The position numbers and the translations under genes are program-made. 64,000 bases of DNA from Candidatus Binatia bacterium (GTDB lineage Bacteria; Desulfobacterota; Binatia; Bin18), in the NCBI GenBank assembly GCA_963664395.2, contig OY761159.2:2624001-2688000 (forward strand). Direction: 5' to 3'. The notes under the pieces are model-generated. The model was not told the DNA's origin. It made no database searches and saw only the letters and a program-made list of their open reading frames with translations. Below are positions 29,781 through 39,535 of the stretch, in pieces (within the stretch, counting starts at the first letter, position 1; each line of letters opens with the position of its first letter).

Positions 29781-30575
29781 ATGGGACAACTGGAAAACAA
29801 AGTCGCTCTTATTACCGGCTCCGGGCGGGGTCAGGGCTTGGTGGCCGCCCGCCTCTTTGCCGCAGAAGGTGCAAAAGTCGTTATCAACGACCTGGACGCG
29901 CAGTCGGTTGATGCCGCAGTTACCTCCATCAAGAAGGCTGGTGGCGAAGCCGTTGGAGCAGTGGGTGATGTGTCGAAAGCCGCGGACGTGCAAGCTGTTC
30001 TGCAAACCGCCCAGGACGCCTTTGGCGGGTTTGACATCCTGTATAACAACGCCGGGATCGGCTACTCGGCGACACGACGCTTCGGCATTGCCATGAGCGA
30101 TGTGGTCAACTGCACCGAGGACGACTGGCACCGCATTATGGACATCAACGTGGGTGGGATCTTTCTGTTCTGCAAATACGGGATTCCCAAGCTGATTGAA
30201 CGTGGCGGCGGGGTCATTATCAACACGGCCTCCATTGCCGCTCTGCGCGGGGCCCAAGACGCCCATGCGTATACGGCCAGCAAAGGCGCGATTCTTGCCC
30301 TCACCCGCGCGCTGGCCGTTACCTATGGCCCCAAAGGCATCCGCGCCAACACCCTCTGCCCCGGTGTGATCGACACCGAAATGATCCACGACACCTTGAT
30401 TGACAAGTCTGAGGTCAGCGCGCTGCTCGCCCGCAACACGCCGCTGCAACGCAACGGCACGCCCGAGGATGTTGCCGCGGTTGCCTTATTTCTGGCGAGT
30501 GAGCAGTCACGCTTTGTGACCGGTGAAACCTTCGCCGTAGACGGCGGCATTATTCAACATCTCGGTCTGGCCTGA
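29781..30575 (+). CDS. SDR family oxidoreductase
   Basis: TGSGRGQG, NNAG, YTASK, VDGG. Confidence 0.92.
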   Translation: MGQLENKVALITGSGRGQGLVAARLFAAEGAKVVINDLDAQSVDAAVTSIKKAGGEAVGAVGDVSKAADVQAVLQTAQDAFGGFDILYNNAGIGYSATRRFGIAMSDVVNCTEDDWHRIMDINVGGIFLFCKYGIPKLIERGGGVIINTASIAALRGAQDAHAYTASKGAILALTRALAVTYGPKGIRANTLCPGVIDTEMIHDTLIDKSEVSALLARNTPLQRNGTPEDVAAVALFLASEQSRFVTGETFAVDGGIIQHLGLA

Positions 30576-30601
30576 GCGGTCGGCTGAAAAAAGGGAAGCC
30601 T

Positions 30602-31552
30602 ATGGATCAGGAACAACTCGTCACAGTGTTCAAGACCGCGGTGCTGGCGCGGCGCTTTGAGGCCAGGATCGTGGCACTCGCCATGGCCGGCGAACTCCCA
30701 CCGTCGCTGCATGTCGGGGCCGGCCAGGAAGTGGCGCAGATTGCCGCCATCGCAGCGCTCCGTCCTGACGACTATATTCTGTACGGCCACCGTGGCCTTG
30801 CGTATATGGTCGCCCGTGGCGTGCGCCTGGCCGACATGCTGTCCGATTTAGCCGGCAAAGAAGGTGCGACCAGTCGCGGTAAGGGCGGCGTGATGCATGT
30901 CGTGGACGTACAAAAAGGTATTTTGGGTGAGAGTGGGACGTTGGGGGGCAGCTTTGTCGTCTCGGTTGGCGTGGGCATGGCGCTCAAGCGCAAGCAGCCG
31001 GACAAAGTTGTGGCCTACTTCTTTGGTGATGGCACCTCGAATCGCGGTACGTTCCATGAGTCGCTCAACTGGGCCGCGGTCCAAAAACTGCCCTGCATCT
31101 ATTTCTGTGAGAATAACGGCTTTGCGATTTCCATGCCGACCAGTCGCTCGACCGCGGTCGAGAATATCGCGGACCGGGCCGCGGGCTATAACATCCCCGG
31201 CGTGGTGGTTGACGGGAGTGATCCGGTGGCGGTGTACGAAGTCATGGAGCAGGCCGTGGCGCGGGCGCGGGCTGGCCAAGGTCCGACCCTGATTGAAGCA
31301 AAAGTGACGCGGCTGCAGGGGCATTACATCGCCGATCAACAAGAATACCGGACCGATCTCGACAAGGTGGCCGCAAAAGATCCCCTACCAAAACTGCAAC
31401 AGATGCTCCTTGATCGAGACATTCTCACGCAGCCGGCTGTGGATGCCATCGAGGCCGACGCAGACCAGCAGGTTGAAGCAGCTGTAGAAGCAATGCGAGC
31501 GGCTCCGCTGTTGGCCCCGGAAGTCGCTCTTCAAGACGTGTATGCGGAGTGA
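30602..31552 (+). CDS. TPP-dependent 2-oxoacid/acetoin dehydrogenase E1 alpha subunit
   Basis: GQE, HRG, GKGGVMH; TPP motif FGDG...CENN; GPTLIEA..RLQGH. Confidence 0.92.
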   Translation: MDQEQLVTVFKTAVLARRFEARIVALAMAGELPPSLHVGAGQEVAQIAAIAALRPDDYILYGHRGLAYMVARGVRLADMLSDLAGKEGATSRGKGGVMHVVDVQKGILGESGTLGGSFVVSVGVGMALKRKQPDKVVAYFFGDGTSNRGTFHESLNWAAVQKLPCIYFCENNGFAISMPTSRSTAVENIADRAAGYNIPGVVVDGSDPVAVYEVMEQAVARARAGQGPTLIEAKVTRLQGHYIADQQEYRTDLDKVAAKDPLPKLQQMLLDRDILTQPAVDAIEADADQQVEAAVEAMRAAPLLAPEVALQDVYAE

Positions 31553-31575
31553 GCAGCAAAGCGGAGTACACAACC

Positions 31576-32547
31576 ATGCAAACAATGACCTATAGTCAGG
31601 CGATCAATCAGGCCCTGGCCGAAGAGATGCAACGCGATGTGGACGTTATCCTCTATGGCCAGGATGTTGCGGTCTGGGGTGGTATTTTTAACGTCACAGA
31701 CGGGCTGCTTGAAAAATTTGGTCCGGACCGCGTGTTTGATACTCCCATCTCCGAAAGTGTTATGGTCGGCGCCGGAGTTGGGGCGGCTTCGATGGGCCTG
31801 CGCCCGGTGGTGGAACTCCAGTTTGCTGATTTTGTTATCACAGCAGGTGATGAAATTTTCTTTAAGGCCGGCATGTGGCGCTATATGCACGGTGGGGCGC
31901 ATACCATTCCGCTGGTTGTTCGCGCCCCTTCGGGTGGCGCGGGCTTTGGGCCCGAGCACTCTGCCTGTCCCGAAGCCTTTATCATGCACGCGCCCGGCCT
32001 GCTGTGCGCCGTGCCCTCCACGCCGGAAGATGCCAAGGGGCTGCTGAAGCAAGCCATTCGACTGAATAACCCGGTCATCTATTTTGAGCATAAACTGCTG
32101 TACCAAATGCGGGGTGAGGTGCCGGACGGAGAGGTGCTGACGCCTTTTGGGAAAGCGGTAGTCCGGCGCGAGGGCGAAGCGGTGACGATTGTAGCCTGGC
32201 AGGACATGCTGCGGCGTACGCTCACCGCCGCGGAGCGACTGAGCCGGGAAGGGATCGAAGTCGAGATCGTTGACCCGCGCACCTTGAACCCTTTTGATCG
32301 CGAAACTATTGTCGAGTCGGTCAAAAAGACCGGGGCCTGTATTGTAGTAGAAGAAGCCTATCGCACCCTCGGGGTCGGCGCGGAGATTGGGGCCATGCTC
32401 CTGGAGGACGCGCTACCGTATATGGACAAGCCCTTCAAACGCCTGGCTATTCCCGATGTCCCGATTCCCACCAGCCAGCATCTTGTTGATGCCATCGTGC
32501 CCGGTGTGGATGATATTTACCAGGCTGTAAAAGAAATCACTGCCTGA
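31576..32547 (+). CDS. 2-oxoacid/acetoin dehydrogenase E1 beta subunit
   Basis: GQDV, DTPISE, RPVVELQFADF, PEHS, FEHK, DPRTLNP. Confidence 0.92.
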   Translation: MQTMTYSQAINQALAEEMQRDVDVILYGQDVAVWGGIFNVTDGLLEKFGPDRVFDTPISESVMVGAGVGAASMGLRPVVELQFADFVITAGDEIFFKAGMWRYMHGGAHTIPLVVRAPSGGAGFGPEHSACPEAFIMHAPGLLCAVPSTPEDAKGLLKQAIRLNNPVIYFEHKLLYQMRGEVPDGEVLTPFGKAVVRREGEAVTIVAWQDMLRRTLTAAERLSREGIEVEIVDPRTLNPFDRETIVESVKKTGACIVVEEAYRTLGVGAEIGAMLLEDALPYMDKPFKRLAIPDVPIPTSQHLVDAIVPGVDDIYQAVKEITA

Positions 32548-32554
32548 GGTCGGC

Positions 32555-34144
32555 GTGCAAAATATCAAAGTGCTGATGCCCAAACTCGGCCAGGCCATGA
32601 CCGAGGGCACGGTCGTGGCCTGGCACCGTGCCGCGGGCGAACGGATTGAAGCCGGTGAACTGCTCGTGACCGTGGAGACCGACAAGGCCACCTACGACTT
32701 GGAGGCTGCCGCCGGCGGTACGGTCCATATTCTTGTGCAGGCAGGTGAAGAGGTTCCGATTCATACAGTCATCGGTGAAATCGGTGAGGTGCCGGTGCAA
32801 ACAGCGGCGTCAGCGCCTCCCCTACTCACCATCCCGAACGCTCCACCGCAGAAGGGGCCGGGACGAGTGCTCGCCTCACCAAAAGCCAAACGGCTGGCGG
32901 CTGAACATGGAATTGACCTTTCCACACTTATCCCGTCTTCCTCGGATGGCATGATCTCGGCATCTGATGTGGAGCGCGCGGTTGCCAATCAGCAGCCAGC
33001 CGTGTCCGCCTTACCTTCTTCCGCACGGACTGAGCGCGAACGCCGCCCTCTGACCGGCATTCGGAAGGCCTCCGCCCGCCGGGTCCAAGCAGCCTGGCAG
33101 ACCATTCCGCATATTGTCCAGATGATTGATGTCGATGCGAGTGCACTCCGAACAGTGCGTGATAAACTTAAAACAGAAGTCTCAGGGCTGACGCTCAACG
33201 ACTTGATTTTATACGCAGTTGCGCGGGTGCTGGCCGGACTGCCCGATCTCAACGGCACGATCGAGAACGAGGAACTTGTCCTGTATGACGGCGTGGATAT
33301 CGGCTTTGCCGTTGATTCGCCGCGCGGTCTGCTGGTGCCGGTCATCCGTGGGGCGGACTCCCTCTCCATAGCACAACTTGTTACGGAAAGTCAGCGACTC
33401 GTTGAAGCCGCTCGGGCGGGTCAGCTTGGGCCGGACGATATGGGCCATGCCAGTCTGACCGTCTCGAACCTCGGCATGTTCGGCATTCGGGCCGGCACAC
33501 CGGTCATTAATCTTGGTGAGCCGCTTCTTGTCTTTGTGGGCGCGGTTGAAGAGCGGCCGGTCGTGCGGAATGGGCAGATTATCGCCCGTCCCATGCTGAC
33601 GCTCAGCATTGCGTATGACCATAGAGTTGCGGACGGGGTCGCGGCATCTCGTTTGAGTCAGGGTCTCAAAGAGGCGCTGGAGAATCTGGAGTCAGAGCCC
33701 TTCTTGGAAGCCCCCAACCCCCAAGAAGCCCTGGACAAACGGGAAGTCCGTTCGGTGTCTACCGGCGATCGGTATGCCGTTCAGGTGCGTAGTGACGGCC
33801 ATGTCTGGAGCCTTGATGAGCCGGCGAGCGACGGCGGAGAAGATACCGGCCCAGACCCGGTGACTGCCTTTCTCGGAGCGCTCCTGTCGTGCCTGACCAT
33901 TGCCTTCAAAGCCGCTGCTCGTCGTCGCAAGGTTAAAATTGGACGGATTGAAGGGCATGTCAAGGCGACGCCGAAGGGCCATGTGAAAGCAATATCCTTA
34001 ACGCTGGAAGTGTGGAGTTCGGCTTTAGAGCAAGACTTGCAAATCCTCCTCGAACGGGCCACGCGCGGTTGCTATGTTAGTGGGGTGTTGAAGCCGGATA
34101 TCGATTTTGTGGTGGAGTTGGTCAGGCACCCGCCGGCCGCTTAG
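32555..34144 (+). CDS. Dihydrolipoamide acyltransferase E2 fused to a C-terminal OsmC-like domain
   Basis: Lipoyl ETDKA; E3/E1-binding ASPKAKRLAAEHGIDL; catalytic DHRVADG; then DEP..GG.DTGPDP...ALLSC...GCYVS (OsmC fold). Confidence 0.88.
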   Translation: MQNIKVLMPKLGQAMTEGTVVAWHRAAGERIEAGELLVTVETDKATYDLEAAAGGTVHILVQAGEEVPIHTVIGEIGEVPVQTAASAPPLLTIPNAPPQKGPGRVLASPKAKRLAAEHGIDLSTLIPSSSDGMISASDVERAVANQQPAVSALPSSARTERERRPLTGIRKASARRVQAAWQTIPHIVQMIDVDASALRTVRDKLKTEVSGLTLNDLILYAVARVLAGLPDLNGTIENEELVLYDGVDIGFAVDSPRGLLVPVIRGADSLSIAQLVTESQRLVEAARAGQLGPDDMGHASLTVSNLGMFGIRAGTPVINLGEPLLVFVGAVEERPVVRNGQIIARPMLTLSIAYDHRVADGVAASRLSQGLKEALENLESEPFLEAPNPQEALDKREVRSVSTGDRYAVQVRSDGHVWSLDEPASDGGEDTGPDPVTAFLGALLSCLTIAFKAAARRRKVKIGRIEGHVKATPKGHVKAISLTLEVWSSALEQDLQILLERATRGCYVSGVLKPDIDFVVELVRHPPAA

Positions 34145-34150
34145 GGACCT

Positions 34151-34180
34151 GTCGGGTTACGCTGCGCTAACCCGACCTAC
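34151..34180 (-). repeat. GTAG-type REP element
   Basis: Minus strand GTAG-GTCGGGTTA-GCGCAGCG-TAACCCGAC between convergent genes. Confidence 0.7.
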
Positions 34181-34204
34181 GGGCTTATTCCCGGCTATTC
34201 CCGG

Positions 34205-35140
34205 TTATGTTTGCAGTGCGGTTCTCAGCGCTGCCGCGGCTTTTTGTAATGCCTGACCCGCCGGCTCAATGACCTTGGCCATGCCCATAAAGCCGTGGAT
34301 GAGCCCTTCGAAACAGATGTATTCAACCGCGACTCCCGCCTCACTCAGCTTGGTCGCATACGCGGCCCCCTCGTCCCGCAAGGGATCGTATTCCGCGGTG
34401 GCAATAAAGGCCGGTGGCAGGCCGCGGCATTGGTCGGTCGATGCCCGCAGTGGGGAGGCCAGCGGATTTTGTCCATCTGCCTCACTCGCGAGGTAGTGAT
34501 CCCAGAACCACGCCATCATCTCAGTCGTAAGAAAATAGCCTTGCGCATTTTCTGTGTGCGACGGCATGGCAAATGCGTGGCCCGTGACCGGATACATGAG
34601 GAGTTGATACGCGAGAGAAGGCAGGCCACTCTCTTGCGCTTTTAAGGTCACCGCCGCGGCCAGGTTGGCACCGGCACTTTCACCGCCCACCGCAAGCCGA
34701 GCGGCATCTCCGTTCAAGGCCGCGGCGTTTAACGCTACCCAGCGGGCCGCGGCGTAGCAGTCATCGACCGCTGCCGGAAATTTATCTTCCGGCGCGAGTC
34801 GGTAGTCGGCCGAGACAACCATACAGTCAGCAAGATTGGTCAATGCCCGGCAGGACGCATCCACGGTATTAATACTGCCAACCACCCAGCCGCCCCCGTG
34901 AAAATAGACCAGTATGGGAAACGGTCCGTCTCCCTCGGGTGTGTAAATACGGATAGGCTGTTTGCCCGCAACTCCGGGTATCAGCCGGTCTTCGACCGTG
35001 CCGACCTTCTCAGGGTCATCCGTCGCGCCCCGCGCGGCTTCCATAGCCGCGCGCGCTGCTTGGGGCGAAAGATGATGTAAGGGCGGGCCGGCAGCGGCCA
35101 TTTGTTCGAGCGCTTTTGCGACCTGGGGATGGAGCGGCAT
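34205..35140 (-). CDS. HSL-family alpha/beta hydrolase (esterase/lipase)
   Basis: HGGGW, YRLAPE, GESAG, EYDPLRDEG, HGF. Confidence 0.93.
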   Translation of the reverse strand: MPLHPQVAKALEQMAAAGPPLHHLSPQAARAAMEAARGATDDPEKVGTVEDRLIPGVAGKQPIRIYTPEGDGPFPILVYFHGGGWVVGSINTVDASCRALTNLADCMVVSADYRLAPEDKFPAAVDDCYAAARWVALNAAALNGDAARLAVGGESAGANLAAAVTLKAQESGLPSLAYQLLMYPVTGHAFAMPSHTENAQGYFLTTEMMAWFWDHYLASEADGQNPLASPLRASTDQCRGLPPAFIATAEYDPLRDEGAAYATKLSEAGVAVEYICFEGLIHGFMGMAKVIEPAGQALQKAAAALRTALQT

Positions 35141-35167
35141 GGAGTGTTCCTTTCAGTTAAGTTCAAA

Positions 35168-35950
35168 TTATGTCAGAAAGTTTCGCACGAGTTGGACAAA
35201 TTCGGTCGGCTTTTCTAACGGCGGGCAATTCCCGCATTGAGGGATAATTTCTACGCGAGCGTTGGAAAGAGCCTGCTGATACAAAGCGCTGCATTCCAGC
35301 GGAACGATCTGATCCTCCTGCCCCCAGATAATGAGGGTTGGAATAGTAACCCGGCCTAACAGCCCGGGCAGGCTGGGGCTGAACATATACGGCTTCCAGC
35401 AGTAGCGCACCACGGTTTCCTGGTTGCGCGTCTGTATAGCGCGCTCTTCTTTGGAAGGCTTGCGTTGAAACAGTTCTGCATACTCGGAAACCTGCTGTGG
35501 GTCGAAATACGCCAGCTGTCTGGTGCCCTCCTGTCCGTGCAGAAAGATATCAGAGATTTCTCCGTCCCGCGGTTGGATACCGGCCGCATCAATCAGAATG
35601 AGACGCTCAAGCGTGCTCGGCGACATGGCCGCCATTTCGGCTGCCAGCCAGCCGCCGATAAAATGGCCGGCCAAAGTAACCTGGGTGAGACCTAATCCGT
35701 CCAACAGCCATAAGCTGAATCGCGCCAAATCCGTAAAGGTTTCCAACCAGGGCGGACGTTCCGACTGTCCAAAGCCCGGACAGGTTGGCGCATAGACGGT
35801 GAAGTGCTCGGCTAACTGTTCGTGATACTGGCGCCAACCAAGATTGCCCTCAACGCCGTGCAGCATGACCAGCGGCTTTCCCCGACCGCCTTTCAGATAG
35901 TGAATCCTGGCTCCCCCAACTTCGATATACTGTTCTTCATGTCCTGCCAT
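35168..35950 (-). CDS. Alpha/beta hydrolase fold protein lacking catalytic Ser and His
   Basis: LHG, PGFGQS, GHFIGG (in place of GHSxGG), IWGQEDQIVP, CGNCPPLEKP (in place of GH). Confidence 0.85.
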   Translation of the reverse strand: MAGHEEQYIEVGGARIHYLKGGRGKPLVMLHGVEGNLGWRQYHEQLAEHFTVYAPTCPGFGQSERPPWLETFTDLARFSLWLLDGLGLTQVTLAGHFIGGWLAAEMAAMSPSTLERLILIDAAGIQPRDGEISDIFLHGQEGTRQLAYFDPQQVSEYAELFQRKPSKEERAIQTRNQETVVRYCWKPYMFSPSLPGLLGRVTIPTLIIWGQEDQIVPLECSALYQQALSNARVEIIPQCGNCPPLEKPTEFVQLVRNFLT

Positions 35951-35969
35951 TGTCGTATCTCTCTGTGTC

Positions 35970-37190
35970 CTATGGCGTGTGTTCAAAGGGTCCGGGCAGC
36001 CCCAGTTCTTTTCCCATTTCCCGTACTGCCGGGAGCACATCATGTTCCATGAGGGCTAAACAGCGCATCGTGTCCTCATGCCCGATGGTGCCGTCATTTG
36101 TCCAGACGCCAAGAATCCCGGGGCGGACAACGCTGAGTACTTCCCGTAATTTCCTGACTACGGTGTCCGGATTGCCAACAATAACCCGGTTGCTTTCCAC
36201 AACCTTTTCCCAGCCCGCGGAATCAACTCCACCGTAGAGGGGATCAGGCCGGAGTGAATAGCGCCGGTACTGGTCTACAATGCGCTTGGCGCCTTCACGT
36301 GAGTTATAGCCCGGAGGAGCCATGAAGTCTCCCGGGAGCGGCACGCGGCCTACACCGGCATTGCCAATCAGAAAGCCTTTCCCAACGTCGTAGGCTTTTT
36401 CATCCGTGTCCTGGACGTGGACGCGGACGAGATAGCCGAAGTTTTGTGGTCCGGGCTCATAGCCGACTTGTTTCGCGGCTTCGGTATAAATTGTGGTCAG
36501 GTCCAAAGTGACCTGTGGGTCGGTTTCCAGGTAAATATAGGGATAGTGGTGGTGGGCACACCAGATAAGCGTCTCCGGACTGCCAATGCCCGGAATCCAA
36601 ATGGGCGGATGTGGCTGCTGAAGCGGACGTTCAAATGGATTGACCACCCGAAACTGATAATGTTTGCCTTCCCAGCGCCACGGCCCTGGTGTTGTCCAGG
36701 TTTTGATAATCAGGTCGTGTGCCTCTTCAAAGCGCTCGCGGTTATACACCGGGTTGGTGTTCGTAGCCCAGCTCTCAATGCCCGTCCCACGCACAAAGCC
36801 GGACACCAGTCGCCCCCGAGAGATCATATCGATTTCTGCCAGCTCCTCGGCCAGACGAAGAGGATTATCGAAAATCGGGAGTGGATTGCCGAGTAGAACG
36901 ATCTTCGCCCGCTTGGTGGTTCGGGCCAGAATCGCGGCTTCGAGATTCATGGCCGCGCCCATGCACGTCGGGGTATTGTGATGCTCATTCAGCATCAGGC
37001 CGTCGAAGCCAACCGCTTCAGCATACTCGTACTCGTCGAGATAGGTATTATACAGGTCCGCACCCAGGGTGGGATTGAAATGTGAATTTGGAAACGTCAG
37101 GCGAACCGCGCTCCGAAAGCTCTGGCGCACGTCCTCTTCCGAGTAATCCACATAGGCCCGTTCAGTAAAACGCATGAGAAACATACCCAT
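35970..37190 (-). CDS. LLM class flavin-dependent oxidoreductase
   Basis: GFDGLMLNEHH, PLRLAEELAEIDMISRGRL, PLQQPHPPIW. Confidence 0.92.
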   Translation of the reverse strand: MGMFLMRFTERAYVDYSEEDVRQSFRSAVRLTFPNSHFNPTLGADLYNTYLDEYEYAEAVGFDGLMLNEHHNTPTCMGAAMNLEAAILARTTKRAKIVLLGNPLPIFDNPLRLAEELAEIDMISRGRLVSGFVRGTGIESWATNTNPVYNRERFEEAHDLIIKTWTTPGPWRWEGKHYQFRVVNPFERPLQQPHPPIWIPGIGSPETLIWCAHHHYPYIYLETDPQVTLDLTTIYTEAAKQVGYEPGPQNFGYLVRVHVQDTDEKAYDVGKGFLIGNAGVGRVPLPGDFMAPPGYNSREGAKRIVDQYRRYSLRPDPLYGGVDSAGWEKVVESNRVIVGNPDTVVRKLREVLSVVRPGILGVWTNDGTIGHEDTMRCLALMEHDVLPAVREMGKELGLPGPFEHTP

Positions 37191-37311
37191 GCCCCCCCTT
37201 TCTTCACCCGGACACTATCGTGTCTTGTATAACAGGATCAAGAGAAAGAGAGGAGACAGCTTGACTCTTGTCGGCAAGCCGCGTACGGGTAGCCACAGAG
37301 GAGGGCTGACT

Positions 37312-37728
37312 ATGGCAAAGATGTACGCCAAGAATACGATTTCTTATGAGTCCGCAGCAAAAATGGTCGCCGCCGCCATCGCCAAAGCAGAAGAGCTGGG
37401 CTGCAAACAGAACGTCGCAGTGGTGGATGACGGCGGTAACCTTAAAGCTTTTGGCCGCATGGACGGTGCCGCACTTCTTGGTGTGGAAGGCTGTCAACGC
37501 AAGGCGTTTACCGCGTTGTTTGGGGTGGGGACAAAAGACCTCTACAACGCGATCAAAGACGACCAGTCCTTAGTTGTCGGTTTGTCCCATTTTTCTCGGG
37601 CCACCATGGTCGGTGGTGGGCTGCCGATTATATCCGACGGGGAGATCCTCGGTGGGATCGGCGTTGGCGGCGGAACGGTCGATGAAGACGTCGCCTGCTC
37701 ACAAGCCGGGCTGGACGCGCTCACCTAG
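37312..37728 (+). CDS. GlcG/HbpS family heme-binding protein
   Basis: VAVVDDGGNL..F.RMDGA, KAFTA, GGGLPI..GEILGGIGVGGGT..ED; RBS GAGGAGG. Confidence 0.9.
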   Translation: MAKMYAKNTISYESAAKMVAAAIAKAEELGCKQNVAVVDDGGNLKAFGRMDGAALLGVEGCQRKAFTALFGVGTKDLYNAIKDDQSLVVGLSHFSRATMVGGGLPIISDGEILGGIGVGGGTVDEDVACSQAGLDALT

Positions 37729-38120
37729 ATCGGGCGCGGCACCCGTGGGACGGGGCGTTGTGACCCACCCGGCGGCTGGGTCTTTTGGGAAGTCTCTTCC
37801 CCATCGCCCGCCCGGAGTTGGTCCCGGCTACAGAGCCCCTTTTCGATCAAGACCTTTTCAAACGAGGCCAGCCAGTGTTCGTAATAGCCGGGCAAGGAGG
37901 CGTCGGGAGCGTCCGCCCGAGCTTGATCGGTAGCCCCGATTTCCGTAATCAAGTGGTCGCGAAATTCGTCCCACTGAAAGTGGCCCTGTTCACATAGGGC
38001 CACGGCCAAGGCAAAGGCGCGCCTTTCCCAGGCGGCGTGGAAGACCAGCTCGCCACTTTTCCGCGGAAGGGCAGAGTCCCCTTCCATATTTGAGATCTTT
38101 CGATTTGGCGTATGTTTCAT
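37725..38120 (-). CDS. Nitrile hydratase accessory/activator protein (P14K/NhhG-like)
   Basis: [25 protein letters not shown]...W..F...[11 protein letters not shown]; directly downstream of the alpha subunit. Confidence 0.85.
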   Translation of the reverse strand: MKHTPNRKISNMEGDSALPRKSGELVFHAAWERRAFALAVALCEQGHFQWDEFRDHLITEIGATDQARADAPDASLPGYYEHWLASFEKVLIEKGLCSRDQLRAGDGEETSQKTQPPGGSQRPVPRVPRPI

Positions 38121-38779
38121 GCTGCTGGGGGTTGGACCTTGGCTACGCCGATCATGGAGTCGCGGCTGACCAGCACGGTGAGTTCCTCTTCACTCATGCC
38201 CTCGGTTCCGGCGGGACGTTCGGGCAAGACCATATAGCGGATTTCCGCGCTACTATCCCAGACCTTCACCGCAGTTGACTCGTCAAGTTCAAGACCAAAA
38301 TCACGCAGTACGCCGCGTGGGTCCACAACGGAACGGGAACGATACGCCGCGTCCTTAAACCAGGCGGGTGGGAGTCCGAGAACCGGCCACGGATAGCAGG
38401 AGCACAAAGTACACACGACCATATGGTGGATGTCGGGTGTGTTCTCAACCACCACCATGTGCTCGCCTTGGAGGCCGCTAAAACCGAGTTCACCAATGGC
38501 TGCGGTGGCGTCTTTGAGTAAGCGCTTTTTATACGCAGGATCGACCCAGGCCCGGGCCACAACTCTGGCCCCATTCGTCGGCCCGAGGTCATTTTCATAG
38601 GTCTCGACCAATTTATCGAGAGTTTCTGAAGAGACCAGACCCTTGGCAACCAGTAAGGACTCTAACGCCTGCACCCGTTTCTCCAGGGCTGCGGTCTGCT
38701 CCGGGGTGGCGTGTTTTTCCAAGTACGGATTGGGCGGTGCATCGTGTGCGCTATGACCATGAGAATGATCGTTGCTCAT
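38117..38779 (-). CDS. nthA: Cobalt-type nitrile hydratase alpha subunit
   Basis: [10 protein letters not shown] metal motif (Thr/Tyr indicate Co-type); [12 protein letters not shown]. Confidence 0.96.
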   Translation of the reverse strand: MSNDHSHGHSAHDAPPNPYLEKHATPEQTAALEKRVQALESLLVAKGLVSSETLDKLVETYENDLGPTNGARVVARAWVDPAYKKRLLKDATAAIGELGFSGLQGEHMVVVENTPDIHHMVVCTLCSCYPWPVLGLPPAWFKDAAYRSRSVVDPRGVLRDFGLELDESTAVKVWDSSAEIRYMVLPERPAGTEGMSEEELTVLVSRDSMIGVAKVQPPAA

Positions 38780-38790
38780 GACTCCTCTCC

Positions 38791-39450
38791 TTACGCTGGG
38801 TCGAGATAATCTTCCCACAGGTCGATATACAGATTGTCTGTCGTGGCCGTGTCCGGGCCCCAGAGTTCCTGGGCGCTAAAGCAGACCGAATACAGTGGCT
38901 GTGGCTGTTCACCCCGGCCGTGGGCATTGGTATCCGGGTAGACAAAGGTGCCGTGGACTTGATCGATGACCCCGTTTTTTCCGCGGACATAACGCGGCAG
39001 CCGTGTGTGCCCGGTTGGATTGAGGTTGCGCGCCTGGACTTTGTCGCCAACTGAGAAACGAGGGGTCAGGCGGCCTTCTGCCCGATTGCACGGAGCCCCT
39101 CCTTTCACAACCGCCGGGACTGCTTCGGGTGGAAGCGGACCTTCTGCCCGCTTGCTTGTTTCTGTGGCAACCCCTGTTGCCAGTTCTTCCGGGGTGAGGA
39201 CACCTTTTTCCACGGCGAGAGTTTCCAGTGCGGCCAGCCAGTGCTCATAATAGGTTGAGGAGAGATAATGGGCGGGGTCCATGCGTTCGATTGCATGTCG
39301 AAAGCCATCGAGCGTATCGAGTTGGCCCATGCCGAGCATGGTCATCGCAAACACTCGCTTTTCCCACTCGGCGTGGAAAATCGGCTCATTTTCTTCCGGC
39401 TTGACCGGACCATAACAGGTCATGCCACCCATGTCATGCACGCCATTCAT
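38791..39450 (-). CDS. nthB: Nitrile hydratase beta subunit
   Basis: [43 protein letters not shown]. Confidence 0.96.
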   Translation of the reverse strand: MNGVHDMGGMTCYGPVKPEENEPIFHAEWEKRVFAMTMLGMGQLDTLDGFRHAIERMDPAHYLSSTYYEHWLAALETLAVEKGVLTPEELATGVATETSKRAEGPLPPEAVPAVVKGGAPCNRAEGRLTPRFSVGDKVQARNLNPTGHTRLPRYVRGKNGVIDQVHGTFVYPDTNAHGRGEQPQPLYSVCFSAQELWGPDTATTDNLYIDLWEDYLDPA

Positions 39451-39535
39451 AGATCTTTCTCCTCAGGCTGAACGCTTGGCCAGAACTCTAACACTCGCTC
39501 TGGCGAGGGTCAATAAATTGAGCGGCCTGAGTGCT

